Assembly (NCBI GenBank): GCA_036172245.1
Contig: JAYWIR010000016.1
Span: 248,001 to 312,000, forward strand
DNA from: Raillietiella orientalis
Taxonomy: Eukaryota
Reading direction: 5' to 3'
DNA: 64,000 bases
Shown here one piece after another: positions 47,901-59,418 of the stretch. How positions within the stretch are numbered: position 1 is the stretch's first letter; each line of letters starts with the position of its first letter. Below the pieces are notes generated by a model. The model did no database searches and was not told the DNA's origin. It saw only the letters and a program-made list of their open reading frames with translations. Made by a program: the position numbers and the translations under genes.

Positions 47901-50900
47901 TCGGCAGTGGGAACAGAGGGGATGGGGAGGGCCTCCGGCTCGCGTCTCACCCTTCCTTCCCTCCGCTGCTGCGGTTCTTCGGTCCGCTGGACGTATCCCG
48001 TTCTATATTTCGGATGACCCTCCCACCCCCAACAGAGGAAGGCTTTGTGTCGTTGACGTCCAGTCGACTCGTCGTGCGGGTCGGGGACGGTTGGGTGCGC
48101 CTGCGCCCAGCGATAGCCGGCGGCGGCCGGGAAGCAAAGCAAAGCTCCCCGAAGGCCACAAAAGGAAATCGACGGAGGCCGTGAGCTGGAGCGAAGTGCC
48201 GCTGCACTCGTGTGCCGCGGAACCAGAGCTGCCCGTTCCTTCCACAGGGCGCGGGGATGGGGCTGAGAGATCCCTCCCCCACCCCGCCGGTCCGTCCCTT
48301 CTCTTTGAGACGATTCACGACCACCTATGGCGCGCGTCCTGGTGTCCGCAGGCAGAGCAACGTTCGCTCCCTCGGCGAAGCGGAAGCCCTGGCTGGGGTC
48401 CCTTGCCGCGCAGGGGCTCCTGTCCGAGAGTGGTGGTGAGGTGAGTGAGGTGAACGAAAGAACGCTCCTCCCCTCCCTCCGCTTCCCCTCTTCCCGCCCT
48501 TCTCAGCGCGTCCGGAGGAAAGCGTGGGCGTGGAAACGGAGCGTGAGAAGGAACGATCGCAGCCGCGCAGCAAAAGAAGGGGTAGCACGTGGCGCGGCCG
48601 TTGCCGTCGTCCTTTAGAGACGCGCGAAGCAGCGGAATCCAGCCGAGAAAACTTCACATCAGGGCAGCGGCCAGACCGCCATTTTGACCTGGAGGGAACC
48701 TTCCTCGGGGGGAATGGAGGAACAGTGGAGCACGGCTGGAACCCTTTGGTCCGCCTTGGACCGACTGGCATTTTTGGTCGGTGCCCAAGCGGCTACATGA
48801 AGAGCCTGGCAATGCTCATCCCACCCTGTCTTCCTGCGGAGTCCAATCCTCCCTCCCTCCCTCCCGCTCTGCCGCCTGTTCGAGTCACGAGAGTCACTGC
48901 GAGCGCGCCAAGGGCGCACGATTCGGTGGAGCCGCTTGACTCCTCCGACATCCTCCTTCCGGCCCTCATCCACTAGAACCGGGGTTTCGACTTCGGGAGG
49001 AGTACTCTGTTTGCATGAGAGGAAAAGGGAGGAGGGGTGGGAACGCGAGTCACCTTGCTCCTCTTCCAGGCAGTGAAACCCGCGGGCACTGGAGAGACTG
49101 CGTGCGGGGGCGCGGTGCTGGGGCGCGCAAACTTCTGACGGGAACGGAGAAGAGCTGGAAGGGAGGGACTCACAGATGCCGGGTTGCTGCGGAACGAAAG
49201 TTTGCGACGGTCTGCACGCGCTGGACATGCTGTCGGCTTCGAGGAGCTCGTTGCACCTCTTTGTGTCGTGCAGTTCCTGCAGCAGCATCTTCTGGTTGAC
49301 GGTCCGGCAGATCTGCTCGACGCTGAGCAGGAACTTCTTGTAGAGCAGCTGGTAGTACGATGTTTCGGAGGGAGACGCCCTCATGCGGTTGTGGCTGGAA
49401 CGAGAGAACGGTGAAGAGAGGTGCGGGGAAGGGCCTCTCCGCCCTTCTTCCTCCTCACCTGTGGTGGTAGTGGCAGCGGATGCCGTCGTGGCTGGTGGTG
49501 TAGATCAGCCAGAAGAGCGGCTTGGAGGAGGACACCCCGGAGGGCTCGGTTTTCAGGTACATCTCCTCCTCGGACTCACTGCTCCCTCCTTCGTAGCCTT
49601 CACAGAGACGGGGAGGGGGAGGAGGGAAGGATGAGATGAGGCAGACAGTCGGTTCCCCCCTTTCTTCCACCTTCACGTTTTATCGCTGCGCTGGGGTGTT
49701 CATCGGTCCCGGCCCACAACCGAGCAGAACGGCAGAAGCGGCTGTTACTGCTGCTGGCTGCAGCCCACCTCACTCGGATGGGAGGAAACCGCCGCCTTTG
49801 CCCTCTGCTTTCGCCCCCCACGACCCGCGCACTGACCGTCCTCCGTGCACTCCAGGGCCTTCGACAGGAACGCCGACAACCTTCCTTCCTCGAAAGAGGT
49901 GGCTCTGCTCAGCCTGGGTGGGAGAGACGATGAGAGGGGGGGGGGGGTTGCAGGGAAGGAAAGCGTCGCGTGTCCTCCACGCCTCGCCCCCTGGCCAACT
50001 CACCGGCCGCCGCAGCCCTCCCTCAGCATCAGCAGCTTCCCCGTCGAGTTCAGGTCTGTCTCGCTCGACTTGGTCCGCGCTATCTTCCCGCTCTTCCTGT
50101 GGTTCTGGATGATCTGTCCTGGAGAGGGAAAGAACAACTCGGAATATACAGGCGGTGATGGTACTGCGGGGTGGGGAAACGTCCGGGAACCGCGAGAAGA
50201 GGGGGGGAAGGGGGGAGGAGATGAACTCCTTGGCATACCATAAGACTTCCTGCGCATCTCGTTGAAAGAGTTGGACTTGGTCCTCCTGTCCTTGACGAGG
50301 TAGTGGTACTGTTTCTCTTGCTTTATGTAAAAGTTGTCCAAGCGTAGCTTCCGCAGCTCCTGGAAGGGAAAGGAGGACCCTGAGCGAGGAGGAGGAAGGG
50401 TAGCATCCTGAGAGGGCGACGAGAAGATAGTGAAAATGGACCCATCGAGGGGAGGGAGAAGAACGGCACGAAGGAGGGGACTCAGAAGCAGAGGAAAAGC
50501 ACGAAGGGGAAGGAACGCGAAGCGTCCGGATTTACTTCCAGAAACTTCGGCATGCCGCGTGCGCCAAAGACGAACGTCAGCTGCAGTTCGTCGCCCTTGC
50601 AGTTGGGTGCGTCGGTCGTGCTCCTCACGTGATCTGCCACGGACCGCAGGATGGCGTCCGTGATCCGAGGGAAGTGCAGGTAGCACGACACCAGCTCGTC
50701 CTCGATCAGCCACCGCCACTGGAATTAGAAGTCGGGGAGCTCGTGCCACCAGGCGAGGGAGGGGGGGGGGGGGAGAGAGGGGTGAGTATGAGCGACCAAC
50801 CTTTCTCATCAGACTCGCGACCGCGGAGGACTGGGATTCCGGCAGGAAAGATGGAAGATCCTGGTGGCTCCTGGAAAAAACAAAAAAAAAAACAGCGTCT

Positions 50901-53900
50901 TTCTGTCCGCGCTTTGTACCTCCGGAGAAGAGGAGAGCGCCACGCGGTGCACAGGGGTACGCCCCCTCCCACCTCTGTACCCCAAACACCCACGCAACGC
51001 GTGCATACACGCGCAGCCAGAACGCACGACAAGCGCAGGCAAGAAAAGCAAACGACGGATGGCACGCAAACACTTGCGCTACCAACACGAAGTGTGCATA
51101 CGAAAACGCTGCACGGATACGATGCAGCAGCACAACGCAGGAAACGCGCGAATGGCGCGCCAGCTTGCCTTGGTTTCGAGACAAGGACGCGGGAACCCTG
51201 TGGACTTGGAACGTTCTCTGCTCACTCGAAGGACCACGCTGCTGTTTCCACGGTTGCAGGCACCCAGAAGCAGCCTTCATCCCACGTCCCCCCACCCCAC
51301 CCCGCTCTAGCCATCTCGTTCCCTCTCGACTTTCCTCCTGCCCGTAAGCGAAAAATGAGCTTTCATCTTGACGCGGACGACTGGGGAACACGCGGCTACC
51401 CCGATCCCCTGCGAGGGGACGCGTGCCAACGTCATCGGCAGTGCACGCCCAAGGGGAGCTCGAGAGCACCGGAAGGAGCGGGGTGAGGTCCGCAGAAGGA
51501 TCCCAAGTCTTCCTCGCTTCCCAGACTCGACATTCCTAGAGTCTTCTTTCGTGGACTGCGCAATGATCGGAGAGGAGGGCGCTTTCGGGAAGGAGTCCAG
51601 ACGAAACCTCTATCTTCTCGCCTTCAGGCGCTGCTTGCGCATGGGAGTGAGATGGGGAAAGTCTCTCGGAATCACCAGCAAGAAAAGGGCACCACCCGGA
51701 AGTGGAGGAGAGCCCTGCCTTCCGCGAGGGCTTCGGGAGGCGGAGCACGACCTGCTGCCACGTGCAGCTCTGCTCCTCATACGCTCCAGAGGACGGTCTT
51801 TCTCTCACTCCCCCTCCCCTTTCCTCGCCGCGCGGAAGGCGAAGTGGGGGAGGAGGTAGGCGATCTTCATCCTCACCTTCTCTGCTGCTGCCCGCCGCAC
51901 TCGGCACCGGAGGTCGTCGCCGGAGCCGCTGGGAATGTGGCGTCCAGAACGAACGGCGCAGGGCTGGGTGCAGGAGACACTTTTGTCTTCTCCGGGGATG
52001 GCCGCGCCGCTTGGGTCTCCTCGGGAGCGCACATGGTCAGGCACTTGACTTGCAGAAAGATGCCCACGGTGCTCAGGTCCACTTTTCCGCTCGCCGCCTC
52101 CAGGCACTTCCGAATCTCACCTAGGGAGGAGGTTGCAGCTGGGGTCGGGAGGGGGGGGGGGGAAGGAAGGTTCCTCATCCCTTACTGAGGCAAGTGACGA
52201 TGGTGCGCACGGAGCACTCCTTGAAACAGCCTCCGGACTGGACGCAGACTCCCAGCTGCAGGAAAAGCGGCGAGTCCACGGACTTGAGGCGCCCACGGCC
52301 ATCGTCGTCCGAGTACCCACCGCCGCCTCCGCTGAGGCTGGAGTCTCCCGAGTGGGACGCGTCGTCTCCAGCGTCATCGTAGTCGGGACCTGAGGAACGG
52401 GTGCAGTGAACGAACGAGAGTGAGCGAAGGGTAAGAGGAAGGCCACGGCTGTTTTCCTCCCTCACCTGCCCGGCCCCGCCAGTCCTGCTCTCCCGTGCTT
52501 TCCGCGTCGGAGCGGAACTCGATGGCGCTCGAGTCGCAGGACAGACTGCGGCTCTTTTTCATCTGGACCAGCTCGTCCTGCAGGGATCAGCAAGCAGCAA
52601 GAGGGCGTCGTTTTCCCCTTCCCCGAACCACCTCCCGCGTCCCACCCCTCTCTCCCCACAGCCCACGGCACTCGCCATGATCTCGGCAGCGTTGTAGTAG
52701 TAGCAGTCGACGCACGTGGGAACGGGAGAGAAGTAGGCGCCTAGGATGCCACCGAAGCTGTCCTTGATCTCTGCGTGGATCTTCTGCTCCTGCTCGTTGG
52801 GCTCGTGGAAGTTCAGGCGGGAGAAGTTTCCGGACTCGTCCTCGGTCCCGCTGTCCAAGACTGTGGACTGTCGTTCCTCCAGGAACTTGAAGAAGTAGCT
52901 GCACACTGCCTGCGGGAAGAGTTGAAGACTAGGGCAGCACGGGGCCGCGCGCGAAGGGAAGCGGACGTGAAAACGAGTGGGCGGCTGGAGAGAAATGGAA
53001 ATGGGGCAGAGCGAAATGGAGAAGGTACAGCAACCGGGGTAAAGAAGAAGACGAGTGCTGCAGAGGAAACGGGGCAGCAGAGGGGCGGAACGGAGTGGAG
53101 GACAATCAGGACAAGGCGGAACTCGACCACCGGAGGTGGATGAAGCCATCACTGAGACGAAGGAAGGGGGTAGGGGACTGAGCGAAGATAGCTGGAGGGT
53201 GATCGGGTGGGAGCAAAAACGGAGAAAGGAACGGAAGTGGGAAGAGGACTGCAGAGCAACTGGGATGGAGGAGGGGGATGAGGAGACTGAGTTGCAGCGG
53301 ATCGAAAAAAATAAAGATGCCAGCTGGGGACAACAGGGAAGCGGGATCGGGGAAATGGGGTGAGAGGGAGTTCAGTAGGATGCGAATAAAGCGGCGAGCG
53401 GAGAAGGTCGCCGTGCAGCAGGAAGAGCAAGGCGGAGGGAAGGAGTAGGGCAGGAAGGGGGCCACCCACCGACAGGAAGGCAGTCATGTCCAGCTCCAGG
53501 ACGACGGGCTTGCAGAAGCGCATCGCGTTGTGGACATCGTACGGGTGGACGAACTTGCGGACCTGCAGGGAGCGGAAGACGGCACAGGTGAAGCTCCGCT
53601 CGAAGGTCTTTTGCAGAGAGCACAAGCACTGGTCGATGGCATCCGAGAAACCTGTGACAGGGGAAGGAGGTGGGCGGGTCGGGTAGCAGGAGCGAGCGCG
53701 GGCGCACGGAGACACTCCATTTGCCTCTCCATTACTCTCCCGCCTTCAAGAAGGCTTGTCGGCTCACCTTCTTTCTCGACGTCTTCCGCGACCGGAAGAG
53801 ACTCCCTATCCTTGGTCTTGTCCGCCGGATCATCCGGTCTGGATCCGTAAGAGATCCTGTGATCTACTGTGGAGCAGCCGCTGAGGTCGGGGCCCTTCTT

Positions 53901-54106
53901 CAGGATGGCACTCTGCATCAGTTGGCTCTCGGAGCAGCTGAACAAGTACACGGGCAGAGTGAAGGAGCCGAAGTGCCGGTTTTGGGAGAAGCGTCCGAAG
54001 GACTGCTCGGAGGACAGGCTCTCGCTACTCTCGACGACTCTGTCCGAGATGCTGACGCTCCAAAACTTGGTGCTCTCAGGAAGCAGAGAGGAGGTCTTGA
54101 AAGACT

Positions 54107-54137
<31 letters not shown>

Positions 54138-57100
54138 GAGACCGTCGCACTGGACGAACGACCTCGTCTTCGAGGAGCTGGAGGCTCCGACGGAGCTAGT
54201 GCGACCCCTGCTGTGCCTCACGCACATCTTGGTGTACTCCGAATGGACGATGTCCAGAGAGACCGTCCTCGGTCTGTAATCAGTCTCGAAGCACAGTCTC
54301 CGGAAGGATTCGAAGTTGCTGCCGGACTTTGGGCGCATGCGCTTCCTCCTGGACTGCATCCCGACGATCGCGGTGGTCAGTTGCTCCTCCCCATAGCTGC
54401 GGAGCGCGGACGCGATGGAGCACTCGAAGCCCTGCTCGAAGAGGAGGTTGTCCCTGCTGGTCATGAAGTCGCTGGTCTGGTGCGAGGACTCGCAGAGACT
54501 GCTCGATATGAAGGTGATGGCCTTCTCGTTGGGGATGGCTCGCAGGAAGCCTTTGAGATCAGAGAGGGAGGCCGGCAGAAACGTCAGCAGCAGACAGGAA
54601 CCCTCCAGGTTCCTGGCGAAGCAACGCCACTTTGCTCTCGTCTGTGTGGCACCTGCGGCACGAAAGGGGAGGCTGGAGTAAACGGTTTCAGTGAAAGGTG
54701 GGAAGGGAGGGAGGAAAGGGAGGAGGACAGAGAGAGAGAGAAAGAGAGCACGCAAGCGAGACGAAGGGAAGTGGTAGTAAGAGGAATATGAAAACAGAAG
54801 GGGATGGATGCAGAACGCAGCAAAGCTCTGGTTTCCAGACGCCGGAGGTTCCGAACGGAAAGAGGAAGAAAAAAGTGAGAGGAAAGGAGGTGGATTCCGT
54901 CGGCGACTCACCGGTGTCCTTGTCCAGATGAGCTTTGTCGAGGACGATCGAAGAAATGGTCTTGCATTCGTCTGCCGATAGGCAGAGCTCGTAGCGCCAG
55001 GTCTTCTGCAGCTGCTCCATAAATGTCTCCATGAAGATCTCGTTCACCTCTCCGCTCACGAAGTGAAGGTCTGCAAAGAACTCGCGTGGCAGCCGCTCCC
55101 CTTTCGGCGGTCGGATGGCGGGGTGGCAAACGCACCTTGGATGAGGGTGGACAGAAGCAGCTCCACCTGAGAGCACCTGTGCAGCAAGCTGGACAAGCAG
55201 CATTGGAAAGGCACGTAAAAGATGTTGGTACCGCTCTTCAGCTCCTCGGCGCCTTCGCACCTGGATCTGGAATACGAGGCGGAGTTCTTCGCCAACAGAA
55301 AGGAAAACAGGCTCAGGGAACGTTCGAAAAGAAGAAAAAAAAACAAAGAGCGCATTCCTTTTCCAGACCATGACACTGCGATAGCAAGGCCCCTTTTCAA
55401 GGAGATGAGTGCTCTGAACCTATACACTCATCCCCACCCCACCACCACCTCCTCAGGTGAAGATCCCAAAAAGATACCGAAAGAGACGAACTGGAAGCAG
55501 CGAAGGGGAGGCACAAGTCGAATACAACAAGCGAGAGATCACCCTCGAGAAACTACGGGTAACAGGGCTGGGTAACTAGGGCCAAACTCCGGTGGCCTTC
55601 AAACCGATCTTGGGAGTCCGACCTTCGAGTGCGAGTTGACTCCAGACAGCTGATGGCTTCGAGATTCTTTTCGCTGGATGACCGAGGCGAGAGCCGGATA
55701 GGGAGACAGCTTGCGGGTCACGTGGTCTCGTCTGCCACGCAAACGGTCACGTGCTGCTGTCCGCACGCAACCCACCTTTAGGAGGGGAGGTAGAGAAACT
55801 CCTCCCTCCCCTCCCATGTGGTGGTGGATGGAAATCGAAGGCTGCCACAGGTACATGCAGAGACACTTGCCAACCACCGGGCCACCCCTGCGCTCTACTC
55901 GAACTAAGAGAGCCTCTTCCTTTGGGCTCGTTTCTTCGGAAGCGAGAGGGAAAGGAAGGGGGTCATCTCTTCGGCCCTTTCGGTCTGTTGCTTTGACTTC
56001 CGTCGGAAGGAAGCCTCTCGAGGAAATGGGAACTCCTGCTCGCGTGTTTTCCTCCACAGTTTCAAGAAAGTGCTGCAAGGCACTAGGGGGCACTCAGGTC
56101 GCATGGAGTTGCGCCCACAGGCCGATCCTTCCTCGCATGCCACAAAGGGGACACAACAGCGAGAAAACTGCGGGCAACCACCTTCTCCCCTCCTGCTCTC
56201 TCCTCTGCTAGGGACAGGGAGTACGTCTTTTTAGGCCGGACGTCTGCTTCGCCTCCAGCACGAAATTTCTCTCTTCCGGAGGAGCATGAGAAGGGGAAGC
56301 CTTGGAATCCACGAAAGTGCACGGGCCAACTCGCTGTTGACGTTCCTCTAGAATGGGTCTCCCGACCGCGCGCAGGGCGCGGGGTGCACACGTCCTAGGT
56401 TGCTCCTGCGGCCTTCAAGCATTCGAATCCTCCCCGGGAGCGGCCACCTGCTGACCCTCGGGGAGTCATCGGCAGTAACGGGCTGCGCTTGGACCTAACG
56501 AGCCCCTCCTCTTCCCTGGGAACCCAAGGCAGCCTCTATCCTCCGCCAGCCTCCGCCAACTGGCAGCATGTGCAGCCACTCAGACCGCCAGCTCATCGAA
56601 CAAGCGCGCACCCCTCGCCCTCTCCCGAGCGAAGACGGATGGCTTTCCGCTCGTTCCTGCAAGGGACTCCCGGAATCGTGAATGCGTCCGGTCCTCAGAG
56701 CGCATGCGCAAACGCGGCTGCCCAAGCTCGGGAGACACCGGTCGGTCCCCGAGAAACGGGTTATCCACACAGGCGCGTCGCGCGCACGAAGGCGACTCGC
56801 TGGAGCAAGGTGGGAGCCGCCGAGCAAAAATCCCGATGCAGTAGGGGGCGAGGGATGTGAGCCCGGGTGTGTGAAGGAGGCGTGGGTCCGTCGGCCCCCC
56901 GGATGGGGGCTCGCCCCTGGAGGAGTCCTGTCTGCAAGCGGGAAAAATGAGCGAGCGAAGGGGACGACAGTTCGCTTCCCGGGAGCAAACGGAAAGGAGC
57001 CGGAAAAGACGAAGCGCCTCCTAGGTGCGGGGCCCCGTAGGCCGCGGAAAAGTTCCGGGAGCGAGGGAAGGAAGTAGGAAGAAGAAAAATAAGGAAGAGA

Positions 57101-57344
57101 GAAGCTGTATTCTCTCTTGGAACTTCAGGGTGCGCCAGGGAGCAGGAGGTGCTTTCCGGAAAGCAGTGCACATCACTTCCTCTGTGGACTGACCCGGAGA
57201 GAGAGAGGGGGGGGGAGAGTCTCACCTGTCGAGCACGAGTTTGCTGTTCCTCGTCGACGACTTTTTCAGGAGCTCGCTGCACGAGGAGATGAGCTTCTCG
57301 TAGGTCAGTAGGGTCGCCAGCACCTCCCGGTCACCATCGGAGAT
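35903..57344 (-). CDS. SZT2: KICSTOR complex scaffold SZT2 orthologue, spliced and 5'-partial (33 exons, ~2448 aa in window)
   Basis: Manual exon chain, 5'->3', with consistent phases: 57344-57226, 55266-55136, 55070-54912, 54652-53768, 53651-53470, 52909-52676, 52577-52466, 52389-52186, 52120-51877, 50870-50801, 50718-50536, 50359-50239, 50118-50004, 49913-49837, 49597-49459, 49394-49174, 42141-41913, 41814-41718, 41620-41533, 40915-40749, 40680-40558, 40494-40233, 40156-39932, 39818-39675, 39435-39231, 39127-38865, 38814-38708, 38632-38384, 38317-38205, 38103-37994, 37893-37524, 37432-36181, 36049-35903 (7347 nt including TAA). Peptides resemble vertebrate SZT2 as recalled, in collinear order: WRCFAR..LTFLPAS, FRSLQ..ELDMTAFL, PLFLQL, WLIEDE..LTFVFG, VNQKMLLQELHD, FACSVVW..FSVTNRKNMFVYQE, RLDEAILD, FLYNRP..GIACI, IWEKGNV, MYNW..QKMGLF, HSFTYDYHLR..GYHL, HCRRDWLWKRL, VNTCCFYMW. 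A few boundaries have alternatives (e.g. 55266 vs 55260). Confidence 0.93.
36181..37432 (-). CDS. SZT2: SZT2 penultimate exon (largest, C-terminal domain)
   Basis: ccgcag acceptor and GGG|gtgagt donor. Encodes HLHSFTYDYHLRIIQ..GYHLVSFL..LRFFVLLTSCRE..HCRRDWLWKRL..SEIDPLL. It is the coding part of ORF 35872..37407. Confidence 0.93.
47213..47400 (+). mobile_element. Possible R2/NeSL-type retrotransposon remnant in the 7-kb SZT2 intron
   Basis: LAAAPFGDQR...AVRKFLKLPW resembles the R2 post-RT pattern L..APLKPQQR...VRRWL.LP. The match is weak. Confidence 0.3.
53768..54652 (-). CDS. SZT2: SZT2 internal 885-nt exon with Q10 tract
   Basis: gccgcag acceptor and G|gtgagc donor, phase 1-1. Encodes KWRCFARNL..LLTFLPASLSDL..LPVYLFSCS. 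It lies inside ORF 53484..54911. Confidence 0.88.
55850..56100 (+). mobile_element. Decayed non-LTR RT fragment in an SZT2 intron
   Basis: KGRGSSLRPFRSVALTSVGRKPLEEM resembles the LINE RT motif K.GK....YRPIALTS..K.LE.M. The boundaries of the element are unknown. Confidence 0.5.
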
Positions 57345-59192
57345 CTGGGAGAAAACCGCCATTATTAGCGGGGCGTCATAGACTGCGCTCTTAAGGCGAG
57401 AGTTAGGGCGGCAGTGCATCCACACTTACTGCCCCAACTCCTCAGAAGGCGGCGCTGGGAGAGATCCTCCTTTCGAGTCTCTTCCTCCCTACCTTGTTCC
57501 CGGCCACCGCCGTCCTCCCCTTCCGTCCTCTTGGAAGGATGGTGGGAGGTCGTCCGAGCGGCCGCATGGCGGGAGGAGGTCAGGAAAGAAGAAGGGGGGG
57601 GGGACCGAAGGTTTTAGGGGCAAGAGTCGTCCCCTCTTGTCTCTCCGTGATGGAAGGGGTGTGTGTGCTAAAGAGAGCGCGGTAAAAGGGGAGGAGGTGC
57701 GAGCAAAGTCTTAACCGATGCCTGAAGGGGATGATTGCGCCCCGCAATTTGCCTGTCAGCAGCGCGCCGAAGCGTTTCCCACCTTCGGGAAGTTCTTCTT
57801 CTTCCTGGGATCGCCTTGCAGGAACGGGGAATGCAGGAGACGGGATATGGTAGAGGGGAGACAAACTGGGCAGCAGTGACAAAAGGCAGGAGCGGAGATG
57901 GCGACACTGGAAGGCTGGAAGCGGCCTCTCTTTCCGGGAGAGGGCATGGGGGATGCTCCGCGCCCACTCTCGCCTGAAAGGCAGCCGAAGCCGCAGTGCC
58001 CGTCCGGGGGAGTCCCGGAAGGGGAATGAAGAGGAGGGAATGAGGCTGGATGGGGAGGTAGGAGAGAATGGGGAAGAAGCAGTTGCTGTCCATGGGAACG
58101 GCGATTGTTTGGCAATGCTCTCGCGCGTGCCCTCCGACCGGGGCTGAAGAGAGGAGAACGGGGGAAGCGAGTGGGGATGAATAGGGTGGGAGAAACAGTG
58201 AGGAGACGAGGCGGAGAACGCCGGCCTACGCCCCTCTCTACTTCCCTTCCCCTTCTGCCTGACACCGGCTCCAGGAGGCCATTCCACTGTGGGATGGAAA
58301 GGGGAGGGGGGGAGGAAGCAGGGGGACTGGGGCGGAGTGAAAGGGCGACGCAGGGGGCGGCAAAAGTAAGATGGAGGAGTTGAATCTCACTACGGCACCT
58401 CGCTGAGCGCAGATTCACTGCTCCACTTAATTCTGGCCACTTGGCTGGCTGGGGAGAGGGAGGAGGGGGGAAGAAGAGGGAAAGGGGGGAGGGGACGCAG
58501 GGGAAAGGAGAGCCGAGATCCTGTGGGGCTGGCGTGTGGGCGGGCGGCTCCCAGCTGGAAGAGATAGATCTGGCAGCTCTGCTGTCGGGTGCGAAGATCC
58601 ATGCTTCCAGCTGGACACCGCCGGCCGAGAGAGCGGGGGCGTAAGGGGGGGGGGGTAGGGGAAAGGGAGACCAGACTTCGCAGCTGCCGCAGCAGCCGCT
58701 CACCGTTCACAGAGGCGTCGCCGCACGCAGTGCACGCGCGCGTCGAAACTCGCCTGCCTCGCCTCGTAGAGAGAGAGGGAGAGAGGGAGGGGGGGGGAGA
58801 GAAGATAAAACGGGGAGGAGCGGCGGCAGAGAGGGAGGGTCGGACGCCCTTTGTGAGTGGGACGGGGATTGAGGGAGCGGGCAGGACAGGCACTCAGGTA
58901 GCTCTGCGGAGAGGGAAGGGAGAGATGAAGGGTGCCAGAGCGCGGTCCTCGGGTGGTCCCATCGCCACGGAGGGGAGGAGAGGAGAAAAGGGTCCACAAG
59001 GAGCGAGGAGGAGAACAGAGGAAAGTCCCGGGACGGGAACCGGAGTTCGCCGCCATCTTTCCTCCCAGAGCGGTTTCCCTCCTTATCGCGTGGCGCACTC
59101 CCTTGATCCAGGCAGGAGCTCTCGATCCCGCTGTTATCTTATCGTCGCTTCCCGGATGGGCTCCTGGGTGCCTCCTCCCCTCCCTGATGCCT

Positions 59193-59418
59193 CTCCCCCT
59201 CCTCTCTCCAGACACCTGCGGAGATCTTGAAGGCGCGGACGTCTCGCGCGCCCTGGGTCCATCCACTCCCTTTCCTCCCGCCCGGTGCGTCCGATCCCAG
59301 CTTCGCGGGCAGCGACGAGGAAAGGGGGGATCTGCGGGGGTGTGCGCAGCGGTCCCGCAGCAGCGCGAGAAGTGCCGCTGCCTGCAGTAAGCCGAAGGGG
59401 CCGCTCGTTCGCCTGTCC
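59193..59418 (+). repeat. Dispersed direct repeat, copy 1 (unclassified)
   Basis: ctccccctcctctctccagacacctgcg..gacgtctcgcgcgccc..ctgcctgcag.aag.cgaaggggccgctcgtt.gcctgtcc recurs at 63711-64000. Confidence 0.85.

Noticed and set aside
58390..58620. Possible upstream SZT2 exons (LEAWIFAP.., KWPELSG..)
   Set aside because: Similarity is too weak and no convincing donor in the needed phase was found.
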